From Negaprion brevirostris (Eukaryota), in assembly GCA_030324005.1 (NCBI GenBank), contig JARDVH010000099.1, positions 49,136,343 to 49,200,342 on the forward strand: DNA of 64,000 nucleotides, written 5' to 3'. Positions 22,889 to 35,519 of the stretch are shown here, piece after piece. The notes beneath the pieces were generated by a model. That model had not been told where the DNA came from. It was given only the letters and a program-made list of their open reading frames with translations, and searched no databases. Numbering within the stretch: the first letter of the stretch is position 1; each line of letters starts with the position of its first letter. The translations under genes and the position numbers were made by a program.

Positions 22889-23005
22889 CCCCCTCAGACG
22901 TGGGGAGAACCTGTAAACTCCACACAGTCACCCAAGGCCGGAATTGAACCCAGGTCCTTGGTGCTGTGAGGCGGCAGTGGCTAACCACTGTGCCACCATG
23001 CTGCC
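22656..23005 (-). mobile_element. HE1-type V-SINE interrupted by (CA)n and a gap
   Basis: Head ggtgctgtgaggcggcagtggctaaccactgtgccaccatgctgcc and CR1-type tail aggccatttggccc. Confidence 0.85.
22817..22886. repeat. (CA)n microsatellite
   Basis: About 35 perfect AC units next to a gap. Confidence 0.98.
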
Positions 23006-23767
23006 ATCTATAATGGAAACTACCTTTTCAAACTTGGCACACTGTAATTGCACTCTGTTGACAGTAAAGAATCTAATGACAAACAGTGCAAGTTTACATA
23101 AATGTGCACTGATGAAAGATCTCTCTCTCTCTGACGCTCACATGTGCTTGCCTTTACTGTAGATTTACTGTCATCAGACAATAATTTACAGTCACCAGGA
23201 CAGTTCTTTTGTGCTACCTACTGTAAACTGATCTGTGCATAAATTTGCAGTCATTTAATGTGTACCCTATCACGCAGAATATATTGACTTTGTTTCAAAA
23301 ACTGCTCGGCAGAGGTATTAGGCAGGAAAGAATGAATTGTGTCTATTGCCTTTTAGTAACTGCACATGAGAGAATGGTTTGAAATATTGAGTCGCAGGAG
23401 AAACAGTTGACATCTATACCAGTTGAGAACATAATTGAAAAGAGGCAGTGTAGCATAAAGAAAGTTCTACTCCAATGATTGACAGATGAAATCTTTGTAT
23501 TTTGCATTAATAAACCTAAATACTGTAGCCAATATGTGGTGATGTGGCCAAAAAGTATATTGTTTTCACAGATGGTAATTACTTGTGCCATTTGTGACAT
23601 TAGCTTCAATTTGAAAACTGACTACCATATAATCCAGTGTATAAGCCACTCCAGTAATTTGCAATTGCTGTATTAATTTTAAAAATCTCCCAGTCGTAGT
23701 GGTGGACAAGTTGCAACTCTCACTGTGTATTTAAGTGTCTTTAACCCGTCGTCTTTTACGTTTCTAG

Positions 23768-23892
23768 GTGAACCAAGCCCAAGTCGCCGCGAAGCGGTGA
23801 AGAGGAAGACTGCGGAGTACCTGATGCGTGCAGAGCAGATCTCCACTCAGTATCTCAGGACGTCCGTGGAAAATAGTTCAGTTCATTCAACG
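23768..23892 (+). CDS. RPS6KC1: RPS6KC1 coding exon (~exon 7), C-terminal part of MIT domain
   Basis: Acceptor tttctag|G and donor ACG|gtatgt. Encodes (G)EPSPSRREAVKRKTAEYLMRAEQISTQYLRTSVENSSVHST, matching the RPS6KC1/SNX15 MIT motif RREAVKRxTAEYLMRAE. Phase 1 to 0. Confidence 0.95.
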
Positions 23893-25559
23893 GTATGTAT
23901 GTCCGCTCTTTCATTGTGTTTGGGAACAGAGTCAACATACACGGGGGGGGGGGGTTNNNNNNNNNNNNNNNNNNNNNNNNNNNNNNNNNNNNNNNNNNNN
24001 NNNNNNNNNNNNNNNNNNNNNNNNNNNNNNNNNNNNNNNNNNNNNNNNNNNNNNNNNNNNNNNNNNNNNNNNNNNNNNNNNNNNAAGAAGGTCCCACCAT
24101 TGGCCAATAGCTCCCATCGTGGGTAAGCCAGAGAATCCAATCCACAGACTTTAAAAATTCATCTTATGTATGAAAATCTATTGCCACTTCTGGCCAAGGT
24201 AATTTTCTTTCTGCAGGAACGCGCCCAGTGATTTTTTTTATGTCTGCCTTAACAAGTACAGTTTGTGTCGATAAAACAAAGCTTTTAAGATGTAAATTGT
24301 TAACTATTGAAACAGACGCCTGCTAAGTGATAGCTATTTTTCAAACTTTAATGTCTCCATGTTTTCAGTTCTTTTTGCCGAACCTTTCTCAGGTTATCAG
24401 CCTGCTCCGTCCCATATTTATTGGCNNNNNNNNNNATTGGCCGAGTGGCAGGCGGGCGACCTGTTTCTCGGCCTTTGCCAACAGTGTTCTGGAGCTTGCT
24501 GTTGGGAAGGTGCCTGGGTAATTTGCCCACTGAGGATAAGCGCCAAACAGCCATTTGCAGAATTTGCCATTTTATAATTAGTGATACTGTGTTGCCAGTT
24601 TCCCATTATTGTTTAGCATTTTAAAAACCATTAAAAATATAATCCTAGAGTGGAATGTAGTGAAAGTCACAATAGACCAAACTGAACTGCAAGATAAAAG
24701 GGAATATTTTGTACAGTAAGCAGGAAATGTCTTTGTGTTTAGCGTTGTCATTATAATATGTGGATGCATTATATGATGTCCTATATTTTAAGTCTTGTCT
24801 TCAAGTGAGTGCTTCAGGTCTAAGCTTTGTGTTTTAGAAATACCTTGTGAGAGCAGATTCTGAAATTTAATTTTGGTCTTCTTTGAGAGGATATTTATCA
24901 GGAAATATTTACAAGACCGAACAGTGTGCTCCTTATGGAATACACCTGATCCTCCAGCTTCATGTTAAAGGATAAACTGAGTTTCATTCCCAATTTTATC
25001 AGGAGATGGCGTCAAGGATCATTTCATACAAGAAAACACATTTTCCCCACTTACTGCTCACAACTGAGGGATTTTGATGCAATACAATATCTCGGGAAAA
25101 CCTCCTTTCATGATAAACATTGTACAATATTCTGAGAATTCAAATTGATAGCAATACATTTCTGCTGGGTTTTTAAAATATAATTTTATGAAGATTGCAG
25201 AGTGTNNNNNNNNNNTCAGCTCCCCATTAGGCCCCATCCCTTTAGGCTCCTGCCCATTGGGCAAGTGCCAGGGTGGCAGTGCCAAGGTACCAGACCTCCT
25301 TGTGGGACCTCAATGGCCTCCAGTTCCACTGGTGAGGTCAACAGGACTGTTACCCATTCGTGGGAAGCAGGTGTTTTCCTGCCGGAGAGAACCTCTCCCA
25401 GTGAGCCCGCACAATTGACCCGCCAAGCTCAATAACCACATGCAACTTCAAATTCAAATATATTTAAATAAATTATTCAGCCTCTAGCCTACTTTTGGCG
25501 AGACCCAGACCTTGCTGAAAGTTCTCATAAAATTGTGAGAGCCGAGAAATTAGGTGGGG

Positions 25560-26340
25560 CAAGCCAGTAAAATTCCACCTTCCTGTGAGTCCCAGGATCT
25601 TACATAGGCAGTGCTGGTGAATGACGTCCAATTTATGTGACATCCTTTCTCTTCGCTTCCATGCCTCGCTAGCGTCGATTTCNNNNNNNNNNCTGACATT
25701 CATTTGATGGGATGTCGGCACTGCTGGTTACCCATTCAGCATTTATTATCCAGCCCTAGTTCCCCTTGAGAAGGTGGTGGCGAGCTGCCTTCTCAACCAC
25801 TGCAGTTCCTGAGGTGTAGGTAAACTCACTGTTAGGGAGAGAGTTCCCGGAATTTGACTCAGCGACAGTGAAGGGACCGCAATATATTGCCAGGTGTGAA
25901 TGGTGACTGACCTGGAGGAGAACCTCCAGGTGTTGGTGCTATAGACATGTAGAGCCATCGCTTCATGTGTTGATGATACTTGGTGGCCACACTGCGTGGA
26001 GCCGCTGACCAGCGCTGCTTTGCTGTTTCTAGTATGGTTGTTGATCTCAACATCACCCTCCCTGGGGATGTTGCTTCCTCCGTAGGGGAAGTGGTCAACA
26101 TCCTTGATGTCCTGTTGCCTGATGGTGATGGGAGAGCCCTTTTTGCTGAACAGCCCTCAGTATGTTGGTTTTGGTGCAGCTGATGTGCAGACTAACTTTT
26201 GTGCCACTACTGTCGAGACTAGTGGCCATGTCTTGTAGCACGCTCAATTCTTTGGCGATATTGTCTGTGAAAGCCAGGTTGTTGACAATGATGGGCCTCC
26301 GTGAATTACCACAACCTGCAGGGGCATTAAACATGTGCAG
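25560..26340 (-). mobile_element. RTE-clade LINE relic, interrupted by a CR1-group 3' fragment
   Basis: NLAFTDNIA (DLDFADD relic), LHISCTKTNIL and LDVIHQHCLCKILG. Confidence 0.7.
25705..25950 (-). mobile_element. CR1-group LINE 3' end (shares tail with MetaSINE-like elements)
   Basis: ORF 25746-25958 is the relic of a C-terminal WNSLP-type region. Homologous to 241-450. Confidence 0.65.
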
Positions 26341-28324
26341 TTGACCTTTCCCTCTGCCGCACTCTGAACAGAGTTAATCAATCCCCACATAGAATTGATC
26401 TATCTTTCCTAGAAAGTAAGATGTTTACTGACATTACATTAGAAAGGCTTCTACTTTTATTTAGTAAGTATTTTACATCAATGCGACATTAGCTTTCTGA
26501 AACAAGCTTTTGTTTAATGCACAAAAATCAAAACAGGAGGTGGAGGCTACTTGAACTTCAATGAGAAATTTAAACTATAATTTGTTTGATGGTGAACTAT
26601 GAAAAAAATCGAACTGTACAGTTGTTGAAGATTATTGAAAGGCAAAAAGGAAACTAAAAATAAGTGCCTGTTTTCAAATCCAGTTTGTTATTATTTGTTT
26701 ACTGTCCATTGTCTTTAATTTATGACAGCGTTTAACTCTGGTTTGTCAGGGTATTGTGCAGAACGCGAAGAATGAAACCGTGCAAGTAAAAGATACAAGC
26801 ACACATCTATCCTTGTATGTGTATCCAATTTTGTCTCGCTCAGGTTTGAAATCGATTGAAAATTCTGCTTACTTTTCACTTCACTTGGGCTCAACCAAGG
26901 ATTCCTCAGGGCAAATCTCTTAGTATTCACAATCCATTCAAGCTGACTTTGCAAATTTTCAATCCTGTGACTGATCTTTCAAACTTTTACACATTTTCTA
27001 TCCCTTTCTTCTCCACATTTTTCTTCTTGGTGCGTATTGTTCATGTGTCTTTCAGCTGGGAGGTAAGTGACTAAAGAGCAAACTTCTGTGCTAAATATCT
27101 CTTGTTCTGGAAAAGTGAGCCTGGTGTCAGGCCAGCTAATAGTGTCTTTTTTTTTGGTTCCTTCTAAATAAGATGATCATGTGCAAAGTAAGTGCCCCCG
27201 TTATCACATAAATGTATTTGTTCTATCACATGCCATGGTTAAGGTTTGCATTTGCAGCCAGGGAAATCATGATGACGTTGTTCTTTGTCATCCAGAGGCC
27301 TCATGATCCTTGTTTACTGTAAAAACACTTCTTTCCATTACCGCCTTCAATCCCTTTCTCCATCTGTCAAATTAGTTGTCGTTGCATCTTGTCCGACTGA
27401 AAGAAGGTATAAAATCTGGAAAAATTGATATTTCACTCCATTTTGAGCCACCTTCTCAGTATTTCTTTTGTTTTGGAGTTTCTCTAATTTGATTTTATGC
27501 ACACATCTGCTCTCGTATGGTCTCTGTTATCTACAGTGCTGGCAATCGAGTACAGCTAATCATGTTAATTTAGTGTCTGTATTGTGCCCTGCTTGACCCA
27601 AATGTTTCCTATTAGATAATTCTGCAAACTTTTTTCCCTAAAATTGCAACTAAACAAGCAGGTATGTATTTGAAGAGGATTACTATTAAAAATGCCCAGG
27701 GTCTGAGCACTGGAAAGATGAGACAAAGGTGAAGAGCAAGAGATTCAAATGTTTCACTCGCAAAGAGTACTTGTCTTTGCCTTGTAGCGAAGGGAACAGC
27801 AAGGACATTCCTGACAAGCGAGAGACCAGTATTTATGTTTAGGGATATTCTTGAAGGACTAAACTACTGCTCCCACAGTATTCACATTGTTCGTTGAAAC
27901 CAGACTTCTAAAAATAACTGTCTTGAAATTTAATAGCAGTATATGGGAGCAGACTTGAAATGGTAGCAACCTGACAGTCCTCTGCGTTGTTTCCTGAAGC
28001 AGATATCTAATTAGTAGTCAAGATTGTATTGGTGCCAGACTTCTGATTTTAAAGCCTTAGCTGGTTGCAACCAACTAGATCCCCACCCAACCGCCATAGG
28101 TCAGCAAACCTGTGACAGTTTTGCCCTATTTGTGTGGAGGGATCAGCAAAGACACCAGTTCTCTCCAAATACTGCCAACCAGAACTAAAGATTCAAATGC
28201 ATTTGCTGCTGAAGTGCTTTCAAACCTCATGCAATTTACCAGTGACCCTTGTCCAATAATTATGTTGCCCAGTAATGTAGAATGTAGAGCAGATGCAAGT
28301 TTCCCTTGTCAGTAACGGAAAAGG

Positions 28325-28640
28325 AAAGAAAGACATGCATGTATCCAGTGCCTTTCATGACCACTGGGCATTTCAAAGTGCTTTACAGTTAATTACGGAC
28401 TGTTTCTGGAAGTGTAGTCTCTTGTAATGTAGAAAGGGCGACAGCCACTTTACTAGATTGCTGTTGTAGGAGCTTGCAATGAACGGTCTGTATGTGATGC
28501 AGCTTAAGGGCTAAATATTGGCCACAAAAGTAACTCCCTGCTCTTTAAAACAGTGCCATAGGCTCTTTCACATCCTGGGCAGAGGACAATTGGGACCTTG
28601 TTTTAACACCTCAACTGAAAGACGGCATCTTCGACGGTGG
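28325..28640 (-). mobile_element. Deu-domain SINE
   Basis: Reverse-complement similarity to 22278-22622 (ctccctgctct..gtgccat..gttttaacacctca..gaaagacggca). Confidence 0.75.
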
Positions 28641-29639
28641 GGTGTCATGTGGAGTAGACAAGTGAGCTTTAGGTGCAAGGGTCTTGATTCTTGGAATTTA
28701 AAGTATTCCCCTTTTATACTAGAATATCATTTCTCCTTTCCTACAAGTTAGTGATGATTCTTAGCTAATCGTGGCTCAGAGCAGAAAAACCTGGATTTAT
28801 TTTCCTGTTGTGATTGAAGTCCTGACTCATTGAGATTGACCGTGCAGTGAGCTAATTTGTGTCGTATGCGAAAGTTTCCAACACTGAGCTCAGGGTTAGA
28901 GATGTGGGCAGGTATGGGGGACTCGCTTGGATACCTGCCCTGGAAATATTATGAGCTCTGGTATAACTCGGTGATCACCCTGCGTACTGAAACTGAACAG
29001 CACAAACAAGATCATCCCTCTCCCCCCAACCNNNNNNNNNNNNNNNNNNTCCACAAGCCGGTCTGACAATCACCCCCCACCCAGGTTCAACTACATGCTT
29101 CTATTTGCATGACTGACTTGCTCGCTCGCTTAGTCATTCACTCACCAACCCACTTAGTAATCCACTGAAAAACTTATGACATTTAGACATTTCCCATAAT
29201 AATGTTGTAAAAAGGGGACGTGTCCTGTATTCGTTCACCCTTTCCTGCACTTGACTGTCTTGTTCTGGAAAGGCTATGCAGACCCTCTACTATACTTCTG
29301 TACTTCTAAGTACGGGCTGGAAATAACACAATATGGTTGGAGAGCTGAAATATTTTTGGGCAGTGACAGTGCACACAGCATTGACATTGACTGGAGGATC
29401 AGGACCAGAAGATCCAGGCGCATAACTCTAAAACTGATGTATTCAGTTTTTTTTTGGAAAATATGCTATGTAGCACAGTGAAAAACCTCTTTATTTCCTG
29501 CTATTGGCAATTTCATTAAGGTCAAATCTTGGGTGACTTCCATTGACAAGGAGGTTGTTTCCCTTCCCTTGTCCACCCCCTTGCTGCTGCCTTTCAGAGA
29601 CAACACAGCTTGCATAAAAAGTGGGTCATAGTAACCTTT

Positions 29640-29750
29640 TTAATTTAAAAAATTTTGTTGAAAAGAGACATGTTATTGAAGCTTTTCATCTTGCACCCAT
29701 CAGGACAAGTGCAAGAATACCAGATTTCAAACAATCTCAATAATTTATAG
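29640..29750 (-). mobile_element. Penelope-like terminal repeat with hammerhead motif (copy C, 29673-29708)
   Basis: Minus strand reads uuguc-CUGAUGG-GUGCAAGAU-GAAA-AGCU-UC-aauaacauguc. Core change A9 to G, UUC cleavage triplet kept. Confidence 0.7.
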
Positions 29751-29900
29751 TACAGAACACCTCACTTAAAGTTGTGCTTGTGTTCTTGAAATTAGTGACG
29801 TTAAGTGAACCAATTTTAATTGAATCATGTATTCCCATACGGATCAGTGTTAAAGCTGGAATTGGGTTCCTTCGAACATTTCTCACTCAGCGAAACCAAT
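29750..29900. mobile_element. Possible Tigger/pogo-like DNA transposon end
   Basis: tacagaacacctcacttaa..ttcccata..gtgttaaa resembles Tigger termini. The partner end was not identified. Confidence 0.35.
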
Positions 29901-30014
29901 GTGTAAGTTGAGATACTGTACCTACATGTGCAGCATCGTATTCCTCACTGAAATGTCTCGCAAAATAAAAGAACTATTGTATAAATACAAACTGGGTAAC
30001 ATTTGCAAATCTCC

Positions 30015-30300
30015 TTGTCGTCTTAAGATTTGAGGGTGACTTGCTTCCAGTTTTGTACGATGGGTTCTGGGGTGCCTGATAATCTAGCATGCAATCTCCA
30101 GACTCTGCCACACGTGGGTAGGTGTTGCTTTTGCACTCTCTCCGCCACCGTGACTTAACCTCTGTGTATTGCTATTGAAGTCTCTCTATGTTTGGTGTCT
30201 TCCCAAATGAACCTCTTCCCATTTTAGTTGGTCTCCTTGAGTTGTTGGAGTCCTTTGACCTCATCAGGGAAGCTTTGAGGACATCCCTAAAGTGTTTCAG
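30015..30300 (-). mobile_element. RTE (BovB-like) LINE 3' end
   Basis: Minus strand encodes KHFRDVLKASL (cf. RTE C-terminal KRfKDxLKxSL). Confidence 0.65.
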
Positions 30301-31039
30301 TGAGATGGCTTTGAATGATTTAGAGCCTCAGTGCTGATCCTTGCTTGCTGAAAATGGCTCTCTCATTGGTTTTGAGGTGAGGCTTCTGCCTCACTTGCTG
30401 CATACTTGAACAAGGGCCAGACTTCAGAGCTTCAAAATTATGCACATGATTGTAGAGTTGGCTTCCTTAAGGATATATCCTGTATCTTTCATCCAAATAA
30501 GCCCTTAGATAATGAAAGCAATTACTGTATCTGTGTACGGTAACAAATACCTTTCTTGCATAGATTTCAATGTGCCTCCCGCAAAGCAGGCATTCCTGAA
30601 GTTTCCAAATTAAAGTCAGCCTGCAGAGGTAAGAAATGAGCCTCCTTTTCTACAAGAGATGAAAAGCCCAGGCTTGAACATTTTGCTTTTCAAAAATAAA
30701 AACTTGGATATTCTTCATTTAGGACTTTGCCCCTGAGTTTAAAACAAAAGTTCTGTTGAGTGCAAACGCTTTTTTTCACAATGGCGCCAATCAGACCAGG
30801 GAACCTGACTTCAGATGACCATTAAACTGACTGACATGAGATTACGTGCAGTGTATGCGAAGAGGACACCAATGAGTGCAATGAGGACGTTGACGCATGA
30901 TAATACCCAATGTGCGCAATGATGATGATAGAACATGCAGTGATATAAACAGCCTTGAGGAAGAAGCAACTTTAAATAGCGTTAAGCAGGGCAACAAAGC
31001 AAAGACCTGTTGTGCAGGAGAAAATGAGGAATTGGGCAT

Positions 31040-31130
31040 TTTTGCACTTGTCCTGATGAGTGCACAATGAAAAACTTTGGTGATATGTATTTTTTTTCAG
31101 TATTATTAAGTTCTACACTGCCGAACAACA
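31040..31130 (+). mobile_element. Penelope-like terminal repeat with hammerhead motif (copy D, 31048-31083)
   Basis: uuguc-CUGAUGA(31053-31059)-GUGCACAAU-GAAA-AACU-UU-ggug, then a tail ttcag..aagttcta shared with the reverse complement of 9190-9230. Confidence 0.7.
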
Positions 31131-31780
31131 ATTTTTAAAATCCTTCCTCTCTTTGAGGAGTCATCCCTATTAGTGATAGGTTAAGAAGCTCTGGTTTGAT
31201 ATATACTTGATTTACTCTGAAGGTCCAGAGTACGGGAACTCCTGATATAAAGAGCCAGTGGGTCCAACAGGCCATACACTGGAGACCCAGTGTATCCATT
31301 CTCAGCTGAATTTCAAACTTGTTCCAGTGTAGACCCACTGATGTTATCTTAGGAGTTCAAATGAGACGGCTGCAAATTTTCAGGACCTGTGCTCTAATCT
31401 GTTACAGTTAATCATTGGTTAATTTTATATCTTGCATCTTGCAATTCTTTTTAGGTCCTAAAGATTTTGTTGACTGGAGGTACTAGGTTTTTTTTTTGCA
31501 CAACGGGAGACATATTTGTTAATATTGCATTGTTGATATTTGCAAACAGCTGTCACATTCTAAACTTAATAACGACTGTATCCTAACCAAATAAATATTT
31601 CTACGGGGATTCTCCTCTGTGCTAGACACAGGTTTGAAGCGGAAACAAATTACCTTTTGATCTTGTCCACAACTGTTCTGTGACAAATTTAGTTTTCTAT
31701 AACTTGGCATTTGCTCCAGTAGGCCATCTTCCTTTAAGTGTTACTGTGATTGATGTGATACCTTTGATATCTTCTATTAG

Positions 31781-31873
31781 CCTCCGGGACCACTAAGTTC
31801 AAGGCCTGCTTGGAATCTGAGGAATCCTGCAGAGGAGCTGAAGGCCTTCAGAGTCCTTGGGGTGATTGACAAG
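31781..31873 (+). CDS. RPS6KC1: RPS6KC1 coding exon (~exon 8), start of pseudokinase N-lobe
   Basis: Acceptor cttctattag| and donor AAG|gtaatt. 93 nt encoding PPGPLSSRPAWNLRNPAEELKAFRVLGVIDK. Phase 0-0. Not in the ORF track. Confidence 0.95.
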
Positions 31874-34319
31874 GTAATTCTTCAGCATCATTTCAAGGGT
31901 TTAACCATAAATCAACCACCAGCTGAGGTTGTAGCTTTGAAGCTATTGGTTTTGACAGCTAGGAAACAAAAGAAAAATGACTTCGTTTGCCTGCATTCTA
32001 CAGAAACCGAGGGAGCAAAGTGAGTTTGTTTAAGTAGGAGTGTAAGATTGTGTTGGGTATATGTTGTTGTATTATAAAGTTAGCGGAGATAATTCGATAT
32101 GGCCTTTTTAAATATTGCATTGTAAGATTGAAACAACTGGTAAATGTAATTCTTTATTACAGTCAACATGCTGTATAAATACAAGTTGCTGTAATTACTA
32201 ATGCTGCCTTGTAAACTTGAGCCACATCAAATATTTTTAATAGACTAACGGTTTGACAACTTGTGAACAGGACACTAACAACAACCGCAGGTGCGAAGTA
32301 TTGCTTACAGAAGTATGTAAAATGAAGATTTTATGGGTTCAAAACCAGAGATCAAATGCTCAAAAATGATGAAGACCAGTATAATCCAAATCAAAAATAG
32401 GGTGTTACCACTGTAAGAGGGTTGTATTTGAGCACTATTGCAGCAAAGTCAAAATGTAAACCATTTTTATTGGGGAGAAGAATAATCTGTTAACAAAATT
32501 AGCAGAATATGATGAAATTTGCAGGTGCAAGACTTTTGGTTCAGTGTTCAGAGCACTGTAGTAATGATACGTTTATGGTTATGTGATTGCCTCATTAAAT
32601 GCTACGAGACCCTGAGGCTGTTTTACTCTGATAGTTGTAGGTAGGTTTCAGTTTTGCCCCACATATGCTTAATGCTACTCCATGTTTACAGAATGAGGTA
32701 AGTGATGCAGAATAATAGGTGAATGCCGGTGATTCAGTCGAGTGTTATTGTGACATCCTAACCCTTAAGGGCAAAACTCATGTAGTTTTGTCAGGGTCAG
32801 TGGAAAACTACAGTTAACCTAAACTCACTGCCTGACATTTATCATGCCTTCAGTTTGCGTGATGTTTTGTATTGCTGCCTGCTTCCACACTGAACACGGT
32901 AGAAGCAAACTAATTGTGGTGTAGAAGAAGCAAGAAATGAAAGGACAGAGCACCACGTAACAACCTCGCCACTTATTGCACCATAATATGAACAGCTTTG
33001 TTTTCTTAAGAGTGAATTATTATCGTGATCTCTCACTTTCTCTTTCTCTCTCACCCTCCTGCATCTGCATAAATGTATGTTTATCTTAACCCTTGGGTTC
33101 ATGTTTGTGAAGAAAACTGGTACCCAGACGGAAATAAAGTATTATACAGAGAAAATTAATGAGACCCTCTTGACATTCCAATCATATCTTCAAAGGAGAC
33201 TTTATTTAGTGACCTTGTATTAAACAGATGTGCCAAACTATATTAATTTTCTTAAGCACTTTCACAAATTATGTTATTCTTCAGAGACTGAGCAGAATCC
33301 TGAGGGGTTGTCTTAACTATCACAGTGAATCATTTTCAGCAGCTTCTTTTTCTAATCTAACACTAGGAGTGCTGAAAGTAAATTACAAGGCAAAAGCCTG
33401 ATTAAATTAGCAGATGAATGTAGGCTTAGCTCTTCCCATGTCCCCATTTGTTTCAATTTCCTCATTTTANNNNNNNNNNNNNNNNNNNNNNNNNNNNNNN
33501 NNNNNNNNNNNNNNNNNNNNNNNNNNNNNNNNNNNNNNNNNNNNNNNNNNNNNNNNNNNNNNNNNNNNNNNNNNNNNNNNNNNNNNNNNNNNNNNNNNNN
33601 NNNNNNNNNNNNNNNNNNNNNNNNNNNNNNNNNNNNNNNNNNNNNNNNNNNNNNNNNNNNNNNNNNNNNNNNNNNNNNNNNNNNNNNNNNNNNNNNNNNN
33701 NNNNNNNNNNNNNNNNNNNNNNNNNNNNNNNNNNNNNNNNNNNNNNCACAATTTGCTTTTCCACTTATCTTTGTGTCATCAGCAAATTTCGACACCCTAC
33801 ACTCAGCTCCCTCCTCCAGATCATCTATATAAATGCCCTAAATGCAGAACCAGCCCAAAAAAAAAAAATTTTTACAATCATGGAGTGCTATTACTAGAAA
33901 CAGTAATTTTGTTAGAGCTACTTTGCATAATTTATTATATTTTTAAAACTTTTTTTAGCTCCTATCTTCACTTTTTTCATGAAGAGTGAAGGTCCTTGCC
34001 CCAGCAGGCCATTTAATTGGCACGGGACAGGCCTTCGGTCCCTAATGGAGAAAGTAGCTCCATCTCTAAGAGTTGTTGACAGTCAAGTGGTTGGCAGCTC
34101 TTTGGACCCAGCAGCGCCATCTGGACTGACGACCACTGCCGAAACTGCATCCAGTCCCAAAAGCAATTGTCCCTTGAGCTGGTTGGAAAGGTAAGTTAGG
34201 GGAGGAGATCGCGAAGGCCAGAGTGAGGCAGAATGGGATGGTTGGCATGGACAGATCACTGGGGGGTGGGGTTAGGGGAAACATTTGGGATTTTTTATTG
34301 TACCCGGGGGCACACTTAC

Positions 34320-35000
34320 TACCAGTGTAGTGAAAGCTTCTGGCCCAATCTTTTGATCTGAATCTTGGATTGACCCAGCATCATGACATTGTTTTGAGCG
34401 GAAGAGTGTCGAATCTGCACTTCCCCTTTGTCTGAAATAGTGCTCACTCCAAAGAACTTCACTCTTGTTTTAAGATATTGCCCCCTTTTTTGTGTATTTT
34501 GCCAATCAGAGAAAATAGTTTCTCTGCATCTTGAACTCATTTGTCATTTTAGACATCTCAGATTCCCCTCAACCTTTTAAACTCAAGGAAATAGATACCT
34601 AATTGTTCCACCTTTCCCATAATTTAAGCTTTTAGACTCCAGCACCGTTCTGGTGAATATGCTGTATCTCCTCACCAACCAATTAGTCCTTGAGTTTCAG
34701 TGCCCAAAACTATATGCAGTACTTTAGATGGAATGTGACTAAGGCTCAATATAATTCCCTCCCCTTTGTATTCCAGCCCTTTGAGTTAAGTGCCAACATT
34801 CTGTTAGTCTTTTGACTCTGTTTCATACCTGTGCATTAGATCATAATGATACCTGTACGTGACCACTCAAACTCTCTTGCTTCCAAGAGAATTTGAGCAT
34901 CCATGAGGTCAGGAGTTCCAAGTCTCTCAGCTTAGAAAAATATTCTGCATTTTTTTTAAGGATCTGAAGTCGATGATCTTACCCATCACAGCTTTGTCCC
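34320..35000 (-). mobile_element. Old CR1 fragment
   Basis: ttcagtgcccaaaactatatgcagtactttagatg (reverse complement of the HLxYCIQFWA motif region). Confidence 0.6.
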
Positions 35001-35519
35001 ATCACTATTGGAAATTTTAGCTAAAAAGGTCAGAGTTGGACCAGTTTCGATGAGAGGTTAAAAATCTGAATCCATTTTCAACCTACCTGCACTCAGTTTA
35101 AATACAGATGGATAGGTGCCCCTGTTTATTCACCACTTTCTTCCGGCTGGATCTTGGGGTCTAGGAAAATGAGGTGAATACTGCTGGATCCAGGAATAAG
35201 TGTCTTTTCGCTTACCTGCCCAACTGGATCCCGTGCCCCACAATTAGCCCCCTCGCCGTTCCTGACCCTTCCGGTCTCCCTCTCCATCTTGTTCAAAATA
35301 TTCCACAATGCAGAAAATGCAGGATCGAGGTTCTGTAATTGATCAGCTGTTCTTGAAACAGATTGACATTCCCACTGCCTGCATCAGGACTCCACTAGAG
35401 GTGGTGGATGGCTGACGTACTAGAGTAAAGTTCAGGACCATTTACAGGAAACTATCCCTCATTTACTCTAGCCAGGTGCTTTTATAATCATCAAATGGAT
35501 TTGGAATGGGCACTATAAA

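Noticed and set aside
22638-22988. CVCVCV and THTHTH ORFs
   Set aside because: They are translations of a (CA)n microsatellite within a SINE.
1-23767. Upstream RPS6KC1 exons (PX domain, first part of MIT)
   Set aside because: No matching peptide was found in the ORF track or by eye. They probably lie upstream, although one could be hidden in the 851-N gap.
30564-30628. 65-nt pseudo-exon with good splice sites (cttgcatag| ... GAG|gtaaga)
   Set aside because: It has stops in phase 0 and also when joined to the 7-nt candidate, lies among transposon relics, and has no further support.
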